Assembly: GCA_030167145.1 (NCBI GenBank)
Contig: CP126532.1
Span: 2,220,001-2,252,000 of the forward strand
From: Ktedonobacterales bacterium
GTDB taxonomy: Bacteria; Chloroflexota; Ktedonobacteria; Ktedonobacterales; JADMIN01
Direction of reading: 5' to 3'
DNA length: 32,000 nucleotides
Shown: positions 25,587-32,000 of the stretch, piece after piece
Layout: every line of letters begins with the position of its first letter
How positions within the stretch are numbered: the stretch's first letter is position 1
Notes under the pieces: generated by a model
Told to the model about the DNA's origin: nothing
What the model saw: the letters and a program-made list of their open reading frames with translations, nothing else
The model's database searches: none
Program-made: the position numbers and the translations under genes

Positions 25587-26027
25587 ATGCACAAGACATT
25601 GGTTCGATTGGCAATGGTTCTTTCCATCGCATTGTCGCTAGCGCTGAGCATTGGCACGGCAAACGCTCAGCCCCACGATCCGAGTTACCTAACTCCTACA
25701 CAACTAGCGTACCTGCACCACAAGTTCGGTAAAGTACTTCCGGACGGTGTCTGCGGGACGATCAGTATCAAGACGCTGGCTTCTGCGGGGCCATCCGCGG
25801 TTGATAACGGCAACTACAATCTAACGGTTGAATTCCAGGCAGCGTATGATTCGCATGACCCTTTGACGTGGTGTGCGGAACTCCGCTCCAATATTCATGT
25901 GACTGGCCATACCTCAGTGTTTAGCCAGACGATTTACGCCGAACTCGGCAGTAACGAAGAAAATTGTGGCTCGACTGACTGCTTCAGCGGCCAAGGTGGC
26001 CAACAATGCCGACTTTTGGGTAACTGA
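25587..26027 (+). CDS. Small secreted Cys-containing protein, hypothetical
   Basis: Sec-type signal peptide MHKTLVRLAMVLSIALSLALSIGTANA|QP. The mature part contains several Cys. The gene is low-GC. It may continue in the +1 frame to 26118 (see findings). Confidence 0.6.
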   Translation: MHKTLVRLAMVLSIALSLALSIGTANAQPHDPSYLTPTQLAYLHHKFGKVLPDGVCGTISIKTLASAGPSAVDNGNYNLTVEFQAAYDSHDPLTWCAELRSNIHVTGHTSVFSQTIYAELGSNEENCGSTDCFSGQGGQQCRLLGN

Positions 26028-26160
26028 ACACTGGATATCCACTAGCAACAACTGTGGATATGCCGTCAGCGATGTGGATGGCAACGGAGCTGTTCCTACG
26101 AACTCAGCATGTGCGTAGTAGGTTCCATGGAATAGCGCTAAGCTAGCCATCACCTGCATC

Positions 26161-26202
26161 ACCGGAAGATTGGACAACATAGTAACTGTCCGATCTTCCG
26201 GT
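26161..26202. other. Nested perfect hairpin at the right edge of the low-GC islet
   Basis: The sequence reads ACCGGAAGAT-t-GGACA-acatagtaac-TGTCC-g-ATCTTCCGGT. The outer stem is 10 bp and the inner stem 5 bp. No U-tract follows on either strand. The 10-bp palindrome TGCATATGCA follows at 26206-26215. Confidence 0.8.
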
Positions 26203-26290
26203 CGCTTGCATATGCAGATCCCCTGCAATCGAGCCATCTCGCTCCCCTGGCCAGCGCACATGCCTATGATGGGCAGATGAGGAGAACACC

Positions 26291-26410
26291 ATGCCCACCG
26301 ACGAGCGCACTACCAAAACGATGGGTGGCTATACGGATGCGCTGGCGGTGGCTATCGCGGCGGCGCGGGAGGTGGGCGCGTGGCTGCGGGGGAGTTCTTG
26401 TGGGGAATGA
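26291..26410 (+). pseudogene. 39-codon ORF resembling only the N-terminal helix of an inositol-monophosphatase-family protein (possible gene remnant)
   Basis: GAGGAG RBS (26279-26284) precedes ATG 26291. MPTDERTTKTMGGYTDALAVAIAAAREVGAWLRG resembles the usual IMPase N-terminus (..LxxAxxxAReAGxxL). The ORF stops at 26408-26410, and no continuation in another frame was found before the convergent gene end at 26462. Confidence 0.2.
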
Positions 26411-26461
26411 GCCAGCGCCCCTGGCTCGTCGTTCCATATAACCAGGGGCGCTAAGGTCGCT

Positions 26462-28234
26462 TTACTGTTCGGCGGCGAGTAGTTGGAGAACGGGGTGGCC
26501 GTCGCTGAGGTTGAGCCACGCGGTGGGCTGGCCGGAGAGATCGGGCGCGATGAGCAGCACCTCGCCACCACGGAGGATGAATTCGGGGTCGCTGGCTACG
26601 CCGGATGCGTTGGCCAGCACGGCGTCGGCGGCGTCGCTATCTAGCCGGTGCGCCAGCACACCCATGCCTTGAATATCTACTTGCCAGAGGTCGTGGCCAA
26701 CGATCAGCCCATTTTCGGCGCTCGCGTTCTGCGCCACGTAGAGCTGCGTGCCATCGCTGGACGGGCTGGCGGAGAGCTGGCCGGAGAAGGTGACGTTCTC
26801 TGGTGACGGCGGGCCGCCTAGCGCGATATCGCCGAGCAGCGTCGGGCCAGTCGCGGTGACGTCCATGACGAAGACCTGCGCGTCGGGGCTGCCCTTGACC
26901 ACGAGCAATTCGGGTGTGGCCGGGGTCGCGGGTGTCGCGGTTGGTGTGGCGGGCGCTGGAGTCTGGGTCGGGTTCGATATGAGCAGTTGCGTGAGGGTGA
27001 AATCGCCGCTGAGCGCAAGCTCCTGCACGGTTTCGCCGGTGGTGACGCTGATGCGCCGCACCACGCCATATTGCCCCGAAGATGGCGTATGCAGGGTCAA
27101 AAGGTCATAGAGCCACTGGCCGTCCGGCGAAACGGCGAGCGCGCCGCCCGCCGCAAGCGTGAATGTGCCGCCAGTGGCGTCTAGCTGGGGAATCTGGTTC
27201 GGGAAGACGGAAGAGGGCAGGCTGCCGGGCGGTGGCGGCTCGGGGATTGTTTGGGACACGGAGGGCGACATCGTACTGGAGATCTTGCCGTCGTGTGTGC
27301 CCACGACGAGGATACGCACGCCGGTGGCATCCGGGTGGGGCAGCGCCAGACCGATGTAGGCTTGCGAACTGTCGGGTGAGATGGCGAGCGCGTCCGCTGG
27401 ACTCTGGGCGGGGAGGCCGCGCGTTCCAGGGAGGGCGAGTGGCGTGACGTAGCGCACTTTGCCGCTCTGGATGTCTATCGCGATCAGCGCTTGCTGGCGC
27501 TTGCTGTTTGGCGAGGTCAATTCATAGAGCGTGCGGCCATCGGGTGAGGCGACGATGGCAATGGGTAGCTGGCCCGCCTGGGCGGTATGGAGCGATTGGC
27601 TGGAGGCTGGCAGCGAGTGGCGAACTGCGCCGGTATGCTCGTCCACCGCAATGACTTCACCTACCTGCCAGGTGGCACCCGCGCTGTCTTGTATTGGTAC
27701 GACTTTATCGGTGGCGGCCAGCAGTGTGCCGCCCGACGCGGCGGCGGGCACGTGACTCAGGCCATTCGAGGAGCGCGAGACGCTCTGGGCGCTGGCCGTA
27801 TAGAGGACGCCGACGATGAGAAAGGCGACCACTACGACGACACCGATCACACTGGCGATGCCAATCGCGCCCGCCCGGCTGGCGACCCCAGCCACGCGCA
27901 GCACGCTGCGATAGGCGTGGCCCCGGCGCGCATGCGTGCGAACGGTGTCGCGCAGATCGGGCACGAAGGGCACAGGCTCGCTGCCCAGCGCGGCGAGCAA
28001 CTCATATGGCTCGCGCAGCTTGGCGGAACGTTCGCCACAGGTTTCGCAGAGCACGATGTGCTCGCGCACGGCCAGCGCCACATCTGGTGGCAGTTCGCCG
28101 GCAAATTCAGCGACCAGCAGTTCTGGCTCCAACGGACACTGGAGGGTGCGTAGATTGCGTCGTCTGGTCGTTACCCGATGTATGCGTAGAGGAACCTGCC
28201 CCAGATCTGGGGCTTCCTCACGTCTCGTTGCCAT
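26462..28234 (-). CDS. ZAS-type (zf-HC2) anti-sigma factor, single TM, extracytoplasmic YVTN/lactonase-like beta-propeller
   Basis: C33-x25-H59-x3-C63-x2-C66 (QCPLEPE...REHIVLCETCGE), numbered from ATG 28234. A TM helix follows (AIGIASVIGVVVVVAFLIVGVLY), then ~430 aa with repeats such as ASPDGRTLYELT, ISPDSSQAYIGL, VSPDGQWLYDLL, SSDGTQLYVAQ, and a TP-repeat linker. The track start 28303 is less likely. Confidence 0.8.
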   Translation of the reverse strand: MATRREEAPDLGQVPLRIHRVTTRRRNLRTLQCPLEPELLVAEFAGELPPDVALAVREHIVLCETCGERSAKLREPYELLAALGSEPVPFVPDLRDTVRTHARRGHAYRSVLRVAGVASRAGAIGIASVIGVVVVVAFLIVGVLYTASAQSVSRSSNGLSHVPAAASGGTLLAATDKVVPIQDSAGATWQVGEVIAVDEHTGAVRHSLPASSQSLHTAQAGQLPIAIVASPDGRTLYELTSPNSKRQQALIAIDIQSGKVRYVTPLALPGTRGLPAQSPADALAISPDSSQAYIGLALPHPDATGVRILVVGTHDGKISSTMSPSVSQTIPEPPPPGSLPSSVFPNQIPQLDATGGTFTLAAGGALAVSPDGQWLYDLLTLHTPSSGQYGVVRRISVTTGETVQELALSGDFTLTQLLISNPTQTPAPATPTATPATPATPELLVVKGSPDAQVFVMDVTATGPTLLGDIALGGPPSPENVTFSGQLSASPSSDGTQLYVAQNASAENGLIVGHDLWQVDIQGMGVLAHRLDSDAADAVLANASGVASDPEFILRGGEVLLIAPDLSGQPTAWLNLSDGHPVLQLLAAEQ

Positions 28235-28376
28235 GCTTGCGCCTCTTCCACTGCGCCCCGGACGCCACCACCAGCCTCCGGTCACCGCGCCACTAAAGAA
28301 CATGCTGGATGATTATCTGGATGATTGTTTGGATGATTGCTGCGTTGCGATCTTTGGTATGGGCCTCGTTGCCCAT

Positions 28377-30119
28377 CTAGTTGTCGGCGTTCGTCGCCAG
28401 CGTGTCTGACTCGTTGGTCAGCACTGGCACGCGGCGGAATCGCTCTGGTTCCGTAGCAAGGAGTGCGCCGGATGGCGGCTCCGCTGGAGTATCGCTTGCA
28501 GTTGGCGGATTCTCGACCAGCGTGGTCTCGATGATCCGCTCGTGCTCGCGGGGCAGCACGGCGGCAGTGTCACGCGGGGGCAACGTGGTGACGGGAACGC
28601 GCCGCACAGCCGGACCAGGCACGACTGGCTCAGGCAGTGGGAGCGGCGTCAGCGCGGGGACTTGCCGCGCCTCATGCGCCTTGCGCGCGACCGCCGCAGC
28701 GGTCGCGGCATCTAGCTCCACGGGTATCTCTACGGACACTGCCGTATTCGCGGCATCTGCCGCATCTGCCGCGCCAGCATCGTCGCTGGCTTCTCCTTCG
28801 GTGGCCGCAACGACACCGTCCGCATGGATTTCGTTTTCGATTTCGGCTGCGCCAGAACGTTCGGCGTCATGCGCCACGCTTGATGCGACGGGGACACCGC
28901 TGGCGGTCGCTTCGGCGAGTTCACCGGGCGTATCTATGCTCTGCGCCTCTGGCACGGAGAGTGCGGCCTCGACGATGATCTCGGTAACAGGCTCAGCGGC
29001 GACGAGGTTCGCGCGCACTGACGCAGCGGTGGATAGCCCCGCTGGTTCTTCGGCCACGACCAATGGCGCTTCGGCTTCTGGCGTCGCGGTCGCCGTGGCC
29101 ACGCGCCACTTCGCAGAGGAGCTGGCTGATTCCATGCCATCATCGACGGCCCTGGCATAGGATCCCGGCGCAACGTCACCGGCCGGCGGGAGCGAATCGG
29201 GCATCGTGTGGCTCTGCCATACCCGCGTGGAGCCATTGGTATGCTCAGGCTCATCGAGCGTGGGGGCGTAGGTAGCGGGCGGATCGGGGGCGCGAGTGGG
29301 GCTGATAGCTTCGGAGGCGATGCCCAGGCTTGCGGTGGCGGCTTCGTAGCGCTGCGCGAAGAGTTGGAGTCCTTGCACGATGCGGCGGCGCGCGGCAGTG
29401 GCGGTGATGCCGAGGGCACGCGCCACTTCGCTCTGGTTCAGGCCAGCGACGAGGTGCAGCGCCAGACATTGGGCGTCGCCATAGGGAAGTTCAGCCAGCA
29501 CGGCGCGTACCAGACGGTTCCGCAGTTCGTCGCGGGGGTCCTCGGTATCAAGGTCTTCATCTATGGCGAGCGCGCTGTAGGTATCTTCCGGGGGCTGGTC
29601 AGCGGCGGCTTCGGGAGCGCGGGCGTCGGTGGGCGCGGCGCTCTGCGGCCAGATCAGCTCGCGCAGTTGGCGGCGGGTGCTGCCGGTGATTTCGGTGAGG
29701 CTATCCCATCCGACGCGCAGCCGGTGCGACGCGCCGCCACGGGCGGGCAGCAGACGTACTGGCTGGCTCGGCTGAGCTATTTGCTGGGGGCGCTTGCGCG
29801 CGGAACGAGGGGAGCGCAAGGCTTCCAGTCCGGCTTCGGTGCTGGCGCGCAGCAGCCAGAGGCGCAGATTCTCGCTGCCGTGGGGTCCGCGCAGGCGGCG
29901 TTCCATCCGCACGAAGATGCGCTCGCCCTGCTCGCGCGCTCGCGCGTAGTCGCCGCAGAGCCGCGTGAGATAGCGCGTGATCGGCGCCTGATAGCGCGCG
30001 ACGAGCGCCGCGAGCGCCCAATCCGCGCCTGCCGCCGCCTGGGCGGCCAGCCGCTGCTCGCGCTCGCGCTCCACGTCAATATGCGGTCCGTTCTCCGCGA
30101 AGACATCCTGCCAGATCAT
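28377..30119 (-). CDS. Sigma-70-family (ECF-like) sigma factor with a long sigma2-sigma4 insertion and a ~320-aa acidic low-complexity C-terminal extension
   Basis: Region 2-like: AALVARYQAPITRYLTRLCGDYARAREQGERIFVRMERRL...NLRLWLLRASTEAGLEALR. Region 4 HTH: LPYGDAQCLALHLVAGLNQSEVARALGITATAARRRIVQGLQLF. GGGAGGG RBS lies 8 nt upstream of ATG 30119. The rest is an A/E/P/D/T-rich tail. Confidence 0.8.
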   Translation of the reverse strand: MIWQDVFAENGPHIDVEREREQRLAAQAAAGADWALAALVARYQAPITRYLTRLCGDYARAREQGERIFVRMERRLRGPHGSENLRLWLLRASTEAGLEALRSPRSARKRPQQIAQPSQPVRLLPARGGASHRLRVGWDSLTEITGSTRRQLRELIWPQSAAPTDARAPEAAADQPPEDTYSALAIDEDLDTEDPRDELRNRLVRAVLAELPYGDAQCLALHLVAGLNQSEVARALGITATAARRRIVQGLQLFAQRYEAATASLGIASEAISPTRAPDPPATYAPTLDEPEHTNGSTRVWQSHTMPDSLPPAGDVAPGSYARAVDDGMESASSSAKWRVATATATPEAEAPLVVAEEPAGLSTAASVRANLVAAEPVTEIIVEAALSVPEAQSIDTPGELAEATASGVPVASSVAHDAERSGAAEIENEIHADGVVAATEGEASDDAGAADAADAANTAVSVEIPVELDAATAAAVARKAHEARQVPALTPLPLPEPVVPGPAVRRVPVTTLPPRDTAAVLPREHERIIETTLVENPPTASDTPAEPPSGALLATEPERFRRVPVLTNESDTLATNADN

Positions 30120-30627
30120 ATTCGTCTACCCTCCCGGACGGCACGCAAGCGGCGGACCGCGATATGATGATAGAACGTATACGTACATTATCATGTACGG
30201 CTTGCTCGCCCGTGCGAGCTTCTTCATCACAGGTATAGCAAAGTGGCGTGAAATTCGCCTCTGAAATAATGCCTAGCAGCGTCCCTAAACGGTGACGACT
30301 GCACCTCATATCTGGCAAACAGCGGAATGTGTGCCCCAGTTTGGAACAACCATTATCGCTGCCCTGATGACCTGCCAATATGTCGCAACATTCGCGCCGA
30401 AACGGACACATCGCGCGCATGGGATGCGCGAACAGGGGACGCGACCCGTACCGTCCCTCACTGCATAGGACGTTTGAGCGCCCAACTTTGCCACGCCAAA
30501 ATGGCGAACGCGCTCGCCGTCGCGCTGCCTATCACCCAAATGTACGTGTAAGGCTGGCTATATGTTATGTGCCACATGTCACGGTCTTCTCACACGCACG
30601 CGAGTGCGCGAGCAGGGCATATGTTGG

Positions 30628-30655
30628 TTGACAGCGGCGGCCCGTTGGCGATAAT
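30628..30655 (+). promoter_or_regulatory. Sigma-70-like promoter candidate for the ComM/YifB gene
   Basis: TTGACA (30628-30633), 16-nt spacer, GATAAT (30650-30655). It lies ~90 nt upstream of ATG 30743. The leader contains a nested hairpin at 30672-30712. Confidence 0.4.
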
Positions 30656-30742
30656 GACAATATCCGTAATGGCTGCTCACTCTTGCGTGTACGGCAAGTC
30701 GCGATGAGCAGCAGATGTGAGCCCAGGGGAAGGCGGCGGGAT

Positions 30743-32000
30743 ATGCTCGCGAAGGTCAGCACGTGCGCGGTGATCGGGCTGGAGGGCGCGCTGGTGGAGG
30801 TGGAGGTGGATATCGGCCACGGGCTGCCCGCGTTCGCAATAGTTGGCCTGCCGGATGCCGCTGTCAACGAAGCCAAGGAGCGCGTGCGCGCGGCGATCAA
30901 GAATAGTGGGGCGATCTTTCCACTGCGGCGCATCACCGTCAACCTGGCTCCTGCCGATCTGCGGAAAGCTGGGCCTGCGTATGATCTGCCTATCGCCGTC
31001 GCGATGCTGATGGCTTCGGAGCAGATCGCGCCGCTCAGCGCGACGGGTGGAGTGGGCGTGGCGGATGATTGCCTGTTCCTTGGCGAACTCAGCCTGGATG
31101 GCGGTCTGCGCCATACCCACGGCATTCTGCCGATGGTGGCGCTGGCGCGAGATCGTGGGATCAGCGCGGTGTACGTCCCGGCGATGGATGCGCCTGAGGC
31201 GGCGCTGGTGGAAGACGTGGCGGTGTATCCGGTGGAGCATCTGGCGCAACTGGCGGCACATCTGCGCGGCGAGCAGGGCATCGCGCCGTATGTGCCTGAT
31301 CCGGCGCTGCTGGCGCCCGGCGGCGATAAGACGTACCCGTATGATCTGGCCGATGTACGCGGGCAGGAGCATGTGAAGCGGGCGCTGGAGGTGGCGGCAA
31401 GCGGTGGGCATAACATGCTCATGAAGGGTCCGCCGGGGTCGGGGAAAACGCTGTTGGCGCGCACGGTGCCTTCGATTCTGCCGCGCCTGACGCTGCCAGA
31501 GGCGCTCGAAACGACCAAACTCTACAGCGTCAGCGGGATGCTCGCGGCGGAAGAGCCGCTGGTGCGGCAGCGTCCGTTCCGCGCGCCGCACCACACGACG
31601 AGCCATGCGGGGCTGGTCGGCGGGGGACGCTGGCCGCGGCCGGGCGAGATCAGTCTGGCGCATCGCGGGGTGCTGTTTTTGGATGAGCTACCGGAGTTCG
31701 GTCAGAATGTGCTGGAGGTGCTACGCCAGCCATTGGAAGATCATTGCGTGACGATCAGCCGGGCGCAGGGGACGGTGACGTTCCCGGCGAACTTCATGCT
31801 GATCGCGGCGATGAATCCGTGTCCGTGTGGCTACGCAGGCGATCCGACGCGGGAGTGTTCGTGTTCGGCGGGGAACATTCTGCGCTATCAGAAGCGCATC
31901 AGCGGGCCGCTGCTCGACCGCATTGACATCCACGTGGAGGTGCCGCGCGTGGAGTATGAGAAGCTGACCGACCGGCGCGAAGGCGAGCGTTCGGCGGAGG
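30743..32000 (+). CDS. comM: YifB/ComM-family Mg-chelatase-like AAA+ ATPase (N-terminal ~419 aa; 3' end off-window)
   Basis: This ORF is not in the supplied track because it has no stop in the window. Translation from ATG 30743 gives [56 protein letters not shown]...[26 protein letters not shown]. Walker A is present ([14 protein letters not shown]), then [11 protein letters not shown] and the zinc-ribbon-like NPCPCG. The minus-strand ORFs over it are Arg-rich artefacts. Confidence 0.92.
   Translation, partial: MLAKVSTCAVIGLEGALVEVEVDIGHGLPAFAIVGLPDAAVNEAKERVRAAIKNSGAIFPLRRITVNLAPADLRKAGPAYDLPIAVAMLMASEQIAPLSATGGVGVADDCLFLGELSLDGGLRHTHGILPMVALARDRGISAVYVPAMDAPEAALVEDVAVYPVEHLAQLAAHLRGEQGIAPYVPDPALLAPGGDKTYPYDLADVRGQEHVKRALEVAASGGHNMLMKGPPGSGKTLLARTVPSILPRLTLPEALETTKLYSVSGMLAAEEPLVRQRPFRAPHHTTSHAGLVGGGRWPRPGEISLAHRGVLFLDELPEFGQNVLEVLRQPLEDHCVTISRAQGTVTFPANFMLIAAMNPCPCGYAGDPTRECSCSAGNILRYQKRISGPLLDRIDIHVEVPRVEYEKLTDRREGERSAE

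Noticed and set aside
25606-25616. GGTTCGATTGG, superficially like a tRNA T-arm (GGTTCGAnTCC). GGTTCAATCC at ~22737 is similar.
   Set aside because: Both lie inside convincing CDSs, and no acceptor or anticodon stems can be drawn around them. No tRNA gene is recognised anywhere in the window.
25391-25657. 88-aa minus-strand ORF covering both 26-bp direct repeats. Also the minus-strand ORFs 25914..26261 and 23576..23767 in the islet.
   Set aside because: They overlap the start or end of better-supported plus-strand genes or regulatory DNA. They have no RBS and Cys/Ser/Arg-rich composition, and the internal peptide repeat is a by-product of the DNA repeat.
23510-26290. Calling the low-GC islet a defined mobile element (IS, integron cassette, prophage remnant).
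   Set aside because: No transposase, integrase or recombinase was found, and no terminal inverted repeats, target-site duplication or tRNA attachment site. Only composition and palindromes argue for foreign origin, so it is reported as a finding rather than as a mobile_element feature.

Overview
High-GC bacterial chromosomal window. Spot counts of single 60-nt lines give about 62-73% GC. Gene content loosely resembles Chloroflexota, but that is only a guess. About 27 genes are supportable. From left to right: (1) a potassium cluster with kdpB (5' end off-window), kdpC, a short histidine-kinase-less KdpD-N/USP protein, and an NhaP2-type K+/H+ antiporter. (2) An orphan Cache-like membrane sensor and a PATAN/DUF4388 protein, separated by a repeat-rich intergenic region. 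(3) Mannose-1-P guanylyltransferase, a zinc-ribbon protein, and a divergent HxlR/MFS pair. (4) An accessory-looking stretch with an RHH + HNH pair, a DUF4139/MuiA protein, an amidohydrolase, a VapBC-like pair whose PIN toxin has Asn in place of a conserved catalytic Asp, and an RNase H with an unknown C-terminal domain. (5) A split transketolase, a TPR membrane protein and a Pro-rich polytopic membrane protein. (6) A ~2.8 kb low-GC islet (spot counts ~47-55%) that begins with a 16-bp palindrome and a C19 homopolymer; it encodes a TM-anchored beta-propeller and a small secreted Cys-rich protein. (7) An atypical ECF-like sigma factor (long inter-domain insertion plus a ~320-aa acidic disordered tail) with a ZAS-type anti-sigma fused to an extracytoplasmic beta-propeller. 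(8) The 5' part of a YifB/ComM Mg-chelatase-like ATPase running off the right edge. No rRNA, tRNA, CRISPR array, transposase or integrase was recognised. The best candidates for something undescribed are the sigma/anti-sigma/propeller module with the adjacent low-GC islet, and the VapBC(D->N)-RNase H neighbourhood. All functional calls rest on motif recognition by eye, not on database searches.
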